Of a stretch of DNA of 63,826 nt, positions 52,701 through 63,826 are shown piece by piece. The stretch's first letter is position 1; every line of letters begins with the position of its first letter. The stretch spans positions 6,760,175-6,824,000 of the forward strand of contig CM052816.1 of NCBI GenBank assembly GCA_028534125.1, written 5' to 3'. The notes under the pieces were generated by a model that saw only the letters and a list, made by a program, of their open reading frames with translations, was not told the origin of the DNA and did no database searches. The stretch is from Lama glama. Its lineage: Eukaryota. Both the position numbers and the translations under genes were made by a program.

Positions 52701-53423
52701 TGACTGTGAAATGAGGGAGAAAGAGAAATTACTGTCTTTAAATCTGCAGTGAAATATACAAATAGAATCAACACCCTTTGTTCCTTGATATGGATGCCCA
52801 AGTACTTCAAGGGAAGGCAGCGGATAAAGGATTTTCAGTGACATTTCAGATATCAAAACTTGAAGGTTCTTCTGTGGAACATGTGGAGAGGCCCCTTCCA
52901 AAGACCCTTATGTGGATGGAACAGACACTCAAGAATACCCAGGCTACTGTGGGAATGAGAGGTATGGGATGGGGATGTTTTTCAGAGAAGAGTGTGTTAT
53001 GTTGTAGATAAAAGAAGGGCACACTTCAGAGACGGGACAACAAAAAAGGGATATATTTCAAGAAGAGAATCCAAACTCTCCCTTTTTTTTGACATGAAAG
53101 GGCAAGCATTGTCTCTGTTATGTGCTTTGCCATTCCATCACACACAGCCTTGGGGTCTCCAAAAATACATCATCTTCACTAGTCAAATTGGATGAAGATT
53201 TCCATCATGTGCAAAGTAACTCTGCTTGACACTAGGAGGGAGTCAATGAAGTATAGGGCAGGGATAAACCCAAGAGGAGTTTACAATCTAGTTTGGAAGT
53301 GAAAACACATGTGGGAAAAGTAAATGACAGGAGTATATAAGTGTTAATAATAATTGTAGAGGCAACAAGTGCTACTGAAATTCAGAGGGCAAACATTTCT
53401 ACTGATCTTATCACCCCAGCAAG

Positions 53424-54325
53424 GCTGAATGCTTCACATAGGGAAGAGTCCTGTTTTCTGCTCCCCTAAGCAGTGTATATATGCAGACCACCAGGCTGAG
53501 GGAAGAAGTGTGTATTGGGGGTGCTTCTCCTACCCTCAGCAGGATGTCTGTGAACGCAATCCAATTCTGACACTATCTATCCAGGGTAGCATGATTCTGC
53601 AGGTTAAGAGTTCAGTCCTACAAGACTGTCCACCCCTTCAGACTCCAGTTGCAAGCCCAAGCTGTTACCTGTGCTTCTGACCTACTGGCTGCAAACTGGA
53701 GGTTCCAACAGCTCCCTCCAACTCGGGATGTCAGTTCCAAGTCCAGGTTGTTACTTATACTTCCGAATGACCGGCTATATATCAGAGGCTCCCAAGACCC
53801 CTTCTCAGAATTGATTAATTTGCTAAAGTGGGTCACAGAACTCAGAGAAACACTCTGTTCACTAGATTACCAGTTTATTATAAAAGGATATAACTCAGGA
53901 ACAGTCAGATGGAAGAGACGCATGGGCAAGCTATGGGGAAGGGTGCAGAGCTTCCATGTCTTCTCCAACACAATACCCTGAATGAAGCTCTCTGAATCCT
54001 GACCTTTTGGGGTATGATGGAGGCTTCATTATATAGATAGGCTTGATTAACTCATTCACCACTGGTGATTGATTCAACCTCGAGACCCTCTTCCCTCCAT
54101 GGAGGTGGGGGACTGGAACTGAAAGTTCCAACCCTCCAATCGCATGGTTGGCTCCACTGGCAACCAGCCTCCCACCTTGGGTGATATCCAAAAGTCACAC
54201 CGTTAACTTAACAAAAGACACTTATATCTGCCCTCTTCTGGAAATTTCAACGGTTTTAGCCCTGTTCCCTGTGAAATGGGGATAAAGATCAAATGTGTAC
54301 TTCTTATCATAAATCACAGTGTCAC
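53424..54325 (-). mobile_element. MER21C-like solo LTR
   Basis: caattctgacactatcta, ttgattaatttgcta...tcacagaactcagagaaacact, tttattataaaaggata; ends cttatcataaatcacagtgtcaca. Confidence 0.82.
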
Positions 54326-57300
54326 AGACAAAAATACTGTTCCCTTCCTTTGTCGGTCCTATGAGAAAACTGATTTTAAAATATGTGAGTTTTGAAGCGT
54401 ATACATGGTTTTCAGGAATACATTCCTTAGGCAAAATTATTATCTTCCATATTGTGCAGTTAAGGAAACTAAGGCCTATAAGGAATGTGGGTAACCTGTC
54501 CAGAGCCACAGTACTAAGTGGCAGGAGGTGGCATCTGATGCCCAACAGCTGGCCTTCGGAGCCATGCTCAGAACCACTACTTTGCGTTAGAGAGAAGAAA
54601 GGCCAGCTGAGCTGCCTCTGAGATGCCTTGGGGTGAGCCCCAAATAAGATTTTTCAGCTATTGATCACAAAAAGCAATCTCACTTCCTCCATTATTGGTG
54701 CATTTTAATTAGTGTCAACATTAATCAACAACCTCAACATTAACCTCTTTTGGACTTCAGCCACAACACAAATACTTATATGTATGCAATGTATGCCGAT
54801 GGTGTTTAATTTAAATTTATACATCAGAAATCTTTTCTTTACTTTTTAATTACACTATGCTTCCAATTATAGTTATCTAGTCAAACACAATTTATACTCA
54901 CAAACACATGGGCAGGGAAATGAGCAGTGGCGCTGATGTCACTGCGAGGCATTGGCTGCAGCTTTCAAAGGGACCCAAACTTCCCAATCTGTCTGAAGCA
55001 CATTTTCCTGTTAGGTCAGAGATTCTCCTTCAAGGAATGGGTCACCTTAGGGATGTGAATCAATGGGCTCGTGGAAAGGAGAAAGGAAGACAGCATCTGT
55101 GTGCCAGACTGTGCAGTAAATGCTTCCCAGGCTTACCTCACTTAACCTTCACCACCAGTCTTTGAGGTAAATAATTTGTCATGTATACATTTATGTGTGT
55201 GCACATACATACACACACAAACACACATATGTGTATAGAGACAGTGGTAGAGTAAAATTCAAAATCTGCTCAATCTGACTCCAAATCCCAGCAGTGAGAA
55301 CACAACTGCAAATTTCCTACCAGTACATTTGACTCCTGGAAGCGCTGCCTGGCTTGGCTGACCTACAGCACCAGGGTATATGGGGATCTTAAAAGTGGAG
55401 AAGAGAGGATCTCCCCTGTCAGAGGTGGGAGACAGTCTTCACCCCAGCTGAGAGGCAACAGATGGGACTGAAAAGAGCTTTTCAAATTTAATGTACGCAA
55501 AAATCACAAGTCAGCAAAGGAGCCCTGGTGAAGTAGCCCAGGGGAGTCAGTCTCCTGAGGCAGCGAGCAGGACAGAAAATAGTAGAAATGGACACCGAGA
55601 GGAGGGACAAACGGAATAACCAGCACAGGTGGTAAGGAATCTGAGAATTCTTCACATAGGGTAGTTTAGGCAAATGTGGATATTTCTAAACAAGGAGTAA
55701 CTACCCGGTGGGAACATACTTACGATAATACAACTTGAAGGGCTGATGTGTACAGCAGAGAACAGACAGTGATCCAGTGGAGAAAACAATAAAGAGTGGG
55801 TCAAACACGCACGTAGGCTTGCATCTGATTAAAAGAAACATTTAACCAACATGAGGAAGGACAGCTTTACAGAGCTCTGAGTTTGCCATCACCAGAAATC
55901 TTTCATCATAGCGTACATGCTACCTGGTGGGGGGTCTATAGAAAAGGTCTCACCCTAAAAATGGGTCTGGGTGACCTCTATAGTGTCTTCCAACCTGAGA
56001 TCCTATAAACGTGTGATTTTATGACAAGCCAGGCCAGCAGATCTCACGGGAGATTGCTGAGTCAAACTGTGCCAGGAGCACAGCCTCAGGACTCTGGAGC
56101 TGAAGCTCAGCCAGTCTATGCCTTCCCCGCTCCTTGATATCTAGAGTAATGTTACTATGTTGCCTTATCTGTCCTGACAGCTGGAGCCTCCTTCCTCATA
56201 ACACTGATACCTCCTGACCTCTCTGGAGGATTCTCGCTCTTTGGTGAATGCATTGCCAAGAGCATCTCATTTGATGATTTGTGCATTCAGAGGGTCTCAC
56301 ACTAAAAGCATGGGAAATAAGCAGCCATTTGGGGTGAAAATGAATCCCTCTAAAATTCACATATCATTGTTACCTAATAGAACAAGTGGTTGGCCCTGTC
56401 TTTGCAACTGTGTGACTCCTGAGGTTAACTAAGAACAGGCGATTTAGTGTCAGATAGACCTGAGTTCAAACATTGGCTTCACTACTTAGTAGATGTATGG
56501 CCCCAAATTACTGGCTTCTTGAACTTCTATCCCCTCTTCAACAAAACTGGGATATTGATACCAAGAGCTCAAGATAATTAAGTGATGGAAGGCAGCGAAG
56601 ACACAGGAAATACTCACTGAACAGTAGCTATTATTACCATTGTCATCATTATCAGAAGAGTGGATAGAATGCCCTGGGTCCAGGAGAAAGGGTCAAAGAC
56701 CAGAGAGGAAAGTTGTAAATGAGAAGTTGAGGAGCATTTTCAAGTCCGACCAATGTTCTCTGTCTCTTTGTGTGTTTAAGTAGCAATCTTTCTGATGCTC
56801 ACTATTTGCCCTTCGGTGATAAGGATACAGTAACCTTTGCCCTACTTAGTAATCTCATGAGAGAACAAAGAAGATGTTAAGGAGATCACCTCTTCTACTT
56901 GTCACAAATTCCAGTGCTGACCACATCCAGGAAGCAAACCTTAATGAGACAACTGGGGTGGGTGGAAATATCGTCTATTGGGAGTGGAGGGCTCTGGAAA
57001 ACAGTCATCACCTAAAGGTGGGAAGTTGCTATTCAACTCTGTCTACACATCGCCAGCTGCTCTTATATCTAGTTTTCTATGAAATCTCTGAAGTTTTAAG
57101 TGGAGAACTAATTCAAAATTCTAAAACCTCTATGGGTCAAACAATATCCATCTCTGGGCACCAATTTTCTCTCTCTAATAAAATATCCCCCCCCAAAATA
57201 TCAGGAGGTAGGGGCACATAACGATCTAGCAATTTGCCCAAAGTCACTCAACCAGTTAATATTGCTAAGGATGACATGGTATCACGGATTTCTTTCCCTG

Positions 57301-58949
57301 CGCAGAAGCCGTTTGTTACCTTCCACTGGGCAACTCCAAGGTAGCTATTATTGTTGTTTATAGTCCCACGGGCATGTATTTTCTCTCCAAGCGAGCTCTC
57401 TGAGGGCCATTTCCCACGTCTTGTTCTGCCTAGCACTGATCGTGTGTCTCTGCCTGCCCTGATCACACTCCACATGAGAACTGCAGGCTCGATTAGAACA
57501 TGCCCAGTGACTGATGAGCACAGAGTGACAGCACATCTGTGTCCTGAAGGCAGGGCTTAAAAAGGCCCAGCTCTGCATCATAACCTTCTACCGATGCTCC
57601 TTTTCTAAAAAAGCAAAATAAATAGATGCCATTATAATGCCTTACAAGTTATAAAGCAGTCTTATTTGGGGGAAAAACACTTTTAGGTAGCTATAATAAA
57701 TTTTGTTGGGCATTGCTAGGTGCCAGGTATGGAGCAAAGAATTTACATGATTTATTTAATCATTACAACAATCATGTGAGGTGGAAGTGATCACTATTTC
57801 CATTTTGCAGATCAGGAAACTGAGGCACAGGGAGGTAAACTAAATTTCTCAGGCTCACATAGCTAGAGAGAGACAGCCAGGTTGACCCCAGAGCCTGTAC
57901 CTTTACCTGCACAATGCATGGCCTCCCTCAGGTGATTGAATTTAATCTTTACAGTGACCTTATGAGAAAGTCCTGTTGTCTCCATTTTGCAGATAGGTAA
58001 ACTGAGACTAAGGGAGGGTATCTTCCCTTGGGGTAACACAGCTAGCAAGTGTTAGAGTTAGGCTTGCTGCCATTTTCCATGAACTTTTATGGGAAAGGAA
58101 CTTTGGGACCACATTTCTCTAAGCTGTTTTCTTAGTCCTTAATATTTTCTCACCTGCCCTTTCTTGGAAACTGGCTCCAAAAGGCATGCCCATGTTCCAA
58201 GTAATGCAATGAATGCTTTGTCAGGAAGCAGAGGAATAGCAGTGGCCTTCTGCTCACTGGTATCACTAAAACATAAGCTCTACAGGATAGGAACCATGTC
58301 TGTTTTCTCCCACTTAATATGCCTAAAACCTGGCACAGACCATCATAAATATTTGCTGAATGAATGAAGGGGATGAATGAATGAAAGAGATGAATGTGCA
58401 GTAGAACTGCTGGAATTCTGCGGTTCTGTTCTAAATATATTCCAAAGATTCAAAAGAGAAGAAACTTTTAAGCTTAAAACAAAAATTATTAGCAGAAAGC
58501 CAGGTCAAAGGCAGAGTTTGGTTGAATAAATCTTCAATTCTAACACAGCAATCATTAAAAAGGGAGGACAAAAGAGCAATCTGTTGGGAACTGGCAGTCT
58601 AGTCACTCAGGTACCCAAATAAAGAGATGTCAGAAGGAGGAAAAACAAAGAAATAAGGCAGGAGCAGCTCTGCAGGACCCCTGGAGAGGGGAGTGCGGCG
58701 GGGGGTGGGGGGGAGGGGACAACAGAGACCAAGGAAAGACTCACTTTGAAGCTCCATCTCTGCATCAGTGCCTCTGCCACCCCTCGTCCCCTCCAGCCCC
58801 GTCCTCCGAGTCTACCCCCGTCCCACAACATTGGATTATAAGTGCACGGAGCCAAGAGAGACAGCAAGCCCTTCCTCCTGCTGCCCAGACACCAGGGGAC
58901 CTGCCAGGATCCCTCCCTTACGTTATTTCTTTCCCCCTGTTCCACAGTC

Positions 58950-59705
58950 TTTATGTTTTTTAATTGACGTATGGTCAGTTTACAATGTTGGGTCAATTTC
59001 TGGTGTACAGGATGTTTCAGTCATACATGAACATACATATATTCCTTTTCATATTCTTTTTCATTGAAGGTTACTATAAGATATTGAATATACTTCCCTG
59101 TGCTATATGGAAGAAACTTGTTACTTACCTATTTTATATATAGTAGTGCGTATCTGCAAATCTCGAACTCCTGATTTGTTTACCCCTTCCCAACCCCTTT
59201 CCCCCTGGTAACCATAAGTTTGTTTTCTATGTCTGTGAGTCTTTTTCTGTTTTGTAAATAAGTTCATTTGTGTCATTTTTTAGATCCCACATATGAGTGA
59301 TATCATATGGTATTTTTCTTTCTCTTTCTGGCTTACTTCATGTAGTTGACTATCTTCAGGATCATCCATGTTGCTGCAAATGGCATTACTTTATTCTTTT
59401 TATGGCTGAGTAGTATTCCATTGTATAAATATACCACAACTTCTTTATCCAGTCATCTGTTGATGGATAGTTAGGTTGTTTCCATGTCTTGGCTGTTGTA
59501 AATAGTGCTGCTATGAACACTAGGGTGCATGTATCTTTTCAGATTAGAGTTCCCACCAGATATATGCCCAGGAGTGGGACTTCTGGATCATATGGTAAGT
59601 CTATTTTTAGTTTTTTGAGGGATTGCCATACTGTTTTCCACAATGGTTGCACCAAACTACATTCCCACCACAGAGTAGGAGAGTTCCCTTCTCTCCACAC
59701 CTTCC
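58950..59705 (-). mobile_element. Young lineage-specific L1 3' end
   Basis: Reverse complement of the same ORF2-end/3' UTR family (catccatgttgctgcaaatggc, ttgtaaatagtgctgctatgaaca). Confidence 0.9.
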
Positions 59706-60453
59706 CTTAAGTTGTAATGTCTGAAGGCTCCTTTGCTTTGGTTTCACCATGTTCTTATTGATCCTCACAAGGCACCTGTGAATAGGCTGCCAAGGCATGA
59801 CAATCCCCCAGTGGACAGACTGAAGCACACAAACAGTAAAAATGAAGCCCAGTGGCCACAGAGCCCCACTGTTCATCCAAGAAGTCTGACTCAAGCTCTA
59901 GTGCTCCTCCTCTTCTGAGGCTGCCTCCTAAGACCCAGGACCTCCTGAAGGGTGTGGTGGACACAAGGGGGCACTTTCTTTTAAGGAAGCAGATTCTCCT
60001 TATCCTCTGTCCATTCTCAAAACATATACCTTTCTTATACCTTAGCAACTATTCAAGGAGTAGCTACCTCATCCAAGCTTGGCAACCCAAATGCCCCATC
60101 TTATTGATCCCAGGGACTGGTTTGAGAGGTGGATTTATGATCCAAGACAAGCCAACCCAAAACCTTCTCTGCAGTTTTCTAGACTTGATTTGAGAGATAA
60201 GTCCTCTATAATAGACAGAGTATTAGGTATCCTAACATCCATTCAACCTCAGATAATTTTTCTAAGCCAATGATGGTAATCTCATCCCTCTTATAAGTAA
60301 TTGAGTCAATATCTGCCACGAGACCCAAGTCTGGCCAATGAAAGGAAGTGCGTTAAGTATATATCTAGGAAGTAACAGATGGCTATTAGGCTTGCATGTG
60401 ACACTGCAACTCATCCAACCACCACAGTGGTTTAAAGATGAAGCCAACACTGA

Positions 60454-61096
60454 ACACTGTTGATGGGAATGTAGTTTGAGGCAGCCACTATGGAATACAG
60501 AGCTTTTGTGACCTAGCAATTATACCCCTCAGTGTATATCTGAAAATTACAGAAACACTAATTTGAAAAGATACATGAACCCCAATGTTCATAGCAGCAT
60601 TATTTACAATTGCCAAGATATGAAAGCAACCTAAGTGTCTATAAACAGATGAATAGATAAAGAAGATGTGGTATACACAGTGGAATACTACTCAGCCATT
60701 AAAAAGAATGAAATTTTGCCATTTGCAGTAACATGGATGGAGCTGGAGGACAGTATGCTAAGTGAAGTAAGTCAGAGAAAGACAAATACTGTATGATATT
60801 ACTTACATGTGGAATCTAAAAAAAATACAACAAACGAGCAAATATACAAAAAAAAGGAGACTCCCAGATACAAAGAATAAACTAGTAGTTACCAGTGGAG
60901 ACAGAGAAGTAGGGAGGGTCAAAATAGGGGTAAGGGAGTAAGAGGTACAAACTATTAGGAATAAAATAAGCTACAAGGATATTTTGTACAACACGGGGAA
61001 TATAGCCAATATTTTAAAAATAATTATAAACAGAGTATAATATTTAAAAACTGTACACCTTACATAATATACAGCAACTATACTTCAATACAAAAA
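60454..61096 (+). mobile_element. L1 3' end inserted in a MaLR LTR (~60060-60453 and ~61097-61280)
   Basis: Degenerate TSD aaagatgaagccaacactga / aaagataaagtcaacaatga. MLT1 tail ttgggttttctgtcagttgcagcccaaag. Confidence 0.85.
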
Positions 61097-61719
61097 AAAG
61101 ATAAAGTCAACAATGAAAATAAAAACAGGAACTGGAAAGACCCAAGGTCCATGAGGAATCACCACACCACTGACTGTATGTTGACTAGACTCCTGGTTAT
61201 GTGACACAATAAATTCTCTTTTTATTTAAAGTATTTTGTGCTTGGGTTTTCTGTCAGTTGCAGCCCAAAGCCTTCTTTGTGATTCACGTTTCCTTCCTTT
61301 TGGCCACAGGGATGCTACAAACCGACATTGGAGCTGCTGGCAGTCGCCATGGCATGGCAGTGATCGCGCACCTGTATCACGGAAAACACTGGGTCTAAAG
61401 CATCAACAAGAATGCCTCTAAGAAGCAGAAATAAGAGGCAGAAAGGAGAAGACATCTGAGAGCATTCAGGTTCCTAGTTGCTGTGACCCTGCTCTGTGGT
61501 TTGAGGGAACTTGTGTCTTTCCAACTCCATGTCATAAAACAAGTTCCACACCAGGCCCCAGCCTGGTGAAAAGTGAAAAGTACTCTGGTTAAGTGCTAGG
61601 AAATAATTTCCAATCCATCTTCTGCCATTGACCTGCTGGGGGACTCTGGACTCTTCATTGGATCTCTTGAAACTACCTTTAAAATGAGGAGGCTGGGATA
61701 GCATCTGTCATCCCAGCAA

Positions 61720-62300
61720 TTACACTCTTCTGAATTTATCCTTCAAATAAACTCAACAAACACTGAAAGATGCAGCACAAAGACGTCTATTGCAGCCTTA
61801 GTTATAGTAGCAACTTAACTGTCCACCCAAGGGACTTTAAAGCACCATTAAAAGAATGAAGAGGAGGAGATGATACAGAGACCCAATGACCCACAAAGCC
61901 TAAGATATTGGCTCTTTACAGAATTTTCTTGATCCATGAGCTATCACACAATTTTCCTGTGAAAAAGCAGCCACTGAAAAATGGAAAAAAGAAAAAAAAG
62001 GAGATCCCTGTGCACTGACATGAAAAGAGATCTACTACATATTGTTAAATAAAAATGCGGGTATCAGAACAGCATGAGTAGTCTGATTACATTTGTGTCA
62101 AAATATAGAATGCAAGTTATTTATGATGTATACGCAAATAAAATTTCTGGAAGGATACACAAGAAACTTCACAGTGTGGCCTCTGGGAAAATGAAACTGA
62201 GATGGAGGTGGTGATGGAGAGAAAGTCTTTTACATTTTACTTTATATTCTTCAAGACTTTGATTTTTACCATGAGCACATGTTACAGCTTTAACAATAAA
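61720..62300 (+). mobile_element. Ancient L1 (L1ME-type) 3' end
   Basis: cccagcaattacactcttctgaatttatcc, tctggaaggatacacaagaaact...acagtgtggcctctggg. Confidence 0.7.
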
Positions 62301-62919
62301 AATGAGCCAGTTGGACAATCCAATTTCTTGGGGCACCTTCGGCTCTGAGTTTGTCTTGAATAATAACATCTAAAGTTGAGCTTCTGGGTTTTGCCAGTGT
62401 GATTACTACTACGCTAAGCACATCCTACATTTTATTTGTTTTAATTTTCACTAAAACTTCCTGATGTTATGATCTCCCTCTGCCAGACGAGGAAACTCAG
62501 GCTCAGACCTTGTGAGCTTGGGCTACTGCTGAGGATTCCAGACTTCTGGCTCCCCTACTCAGTTCCCAAAGGTGATACCATCTGGCCCACCTGAGCCTAA
62601 GAAGCAGAGGGAGGTTGAGCGAGAAGCAGCAGCAAAAGATATGAGATACGATTTAAAGGAAGCCAGAAATTTAATATGGTCAAATTATTTCCTTCCTGGA
62701 CCCAAAGCAGACTTTTATGGAGCAGATGACAGAGCTGGGAGGTCAATTTTTCACTGGGAGGTGGGAAAAAAAAGTAAATCTTTTTCACTCCTTCTCCTCC
62801 AAATCATATCATGCAAATGGTATACTCTGCCCATGGGTGAGGCTGTGTGACCTTGGGTAAATCACAGTTCCTCTCTGAACCTCAGTGCTTTATTTTTAAG
62901 ATGAAGAGGTTGGCTCAAA

Positions 62920-63248
62920 TTGGGGCTCACAAACTCATGTTGACAGGGCCAGGCTGGTCAAGTTAATGAATCAAAGGACCAGCTAGGTACAGTAGGGAAC
63001 CTGAGAATTCTTGCCCTACTTAAAGAAGGGCAGAATCTACCTAATACTTACAGATTGCTGCCAAGGATAAATGCAGACCAGTGTCACCAAATGGCCTCAT
63101 TTTCAAGAGAAGCCAGTATTCACATTTTTATATGAAAGCATTCAATTTAAAAATCTTGCCATCTCATTCTAATTTTGAAAACATCCACTCCAGTGCCAAA
63201 ATGAAACAACCCCCCAGTAGCCTGCAGGCCTGTCAGTTCACCACCTCT
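62920..63248 (+). mobile_element. MER102-like hAT-Charlie element
   Basis: ggggctcacaaactca...cagggccaggctgg and attttcaagagaagccag...atttttatatgaaa. Confidence 0.7.
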
Positions 63249-63629
63249 AACCAATAGGGGCACCAGGGACATATACCATTGAGTCCCTGGTGGGGGTCAA
63301 GGTGACTGCATCACCAAAAGTTCAAATTCCACTGAGCTTTCATTTGCAACATTCATCAGAATTCTGCCTGTTTCCTTTCTCTCAACCCAGTCTCTGCTCA
63401 AATAAGAATTAGCAAAATCCAGAAATAAAGCACCAAGCAAGAGAAGGAAGGAGGCATGGACATCAGTCATCTGAGCCAGAAACAGGAGAACTGAGAAGGT
63501 AGAGGCAGTCTTTGCCAAAATGCCCAACTGCCCCTTTCCTGGGGACCAGCCCTAAGCCAGTTGCAGGAAAGGGTCTTTCTCCTCTCTCTCTCTGTAAGCA
63601 GCCTCTTGCCCCCTTTCCTTCCCCTCCAC

Positions 63630-63826
63630 CAGCACCGTCAACGTCTTTGTACCCACATCAGAGATTTCCATACAAGGGAACAGTCACTCCATCTAGAAGT
63701 GACAAGCCCACGCCGCCATCCACAAACCGTGACGGCCCAGCTCGTTCTTCATTCTGACGTGGCTGCGAGCGACACCAGGTTCCTTGGCGACAACCTCAAG
63801 GTGACTGGAATACTGAATACCCCACG
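63630..63826. promoter_or_regulatory. Edge of a probable CpG-island promoter with CRE-like and RFX X-box-like motifs
   Basis: About a dozen CpGs in ~200 bp of non-repeat DNA. TGACGTGG at 63755-63762 and GGTTCCTTGGCGAC at 63778-63791. Confidence 0.55.

Noticed and set aside
52419..52901. 160 aa minus-strand ORF
   Set aside because: No recognisable domain, intron-like Phe/Leu/Ser composition and no convincing splice boundaries.
54920..54936. Possible CTCF site (gagcagtggcgctg)
   Set aside because: Spacing is one base short of the CCASYAGRKGGCRS core and the 5' CC is absent.
62572..62850. Protein-looking ORF (PEPKKQREVEREAAAKDMRYDLKEARNLIWS...)
   Set aside because: GTG start, flanked by MIR fragments, no good acceptor, no recognised homology.

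Overview
Mammalian non-coding DNA, most likely camelid (alpaca/camel). The young repeats are L1 copies with a shared lineage-specific 3' UTR, and I see no Alu, Bov-A/Bov-tA, PRE1, SINEC or B1/B2. I recognise no protein-coding gene; the supplied ORFs are L1/L2/LTR debris or chance frames. The window is dominated by interspersed repeats: L1 of several ages, L2, MIR, MaLR and MER21 LTRs, and hAT and Tigger DNA transposons. There is one 500-N gap and a CpG-rich, promoter-like edge at the right end. The main points of interest are: (1) a 2.66 kb TSD-flanked L1 with both ends but no ORF1 and little ORF2; (2) a deep TE nest around an orphan ~390 bp GC-rich insert in a Tigger1 derivative; (3) a cluster of minus-strand exon-like segments (10.4-17.2 kb, possible first exon ~30 kb) that could splice to a ~50 aa basic ORF; (4) a twin-priming L1 inversion whose 500-N gap is probably only ~11 bp. 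Repeat names come from recalled consensus sequences, not a database run, and old-repeat boundaries are approximate. I found no convincing novel system beyond these candidates.
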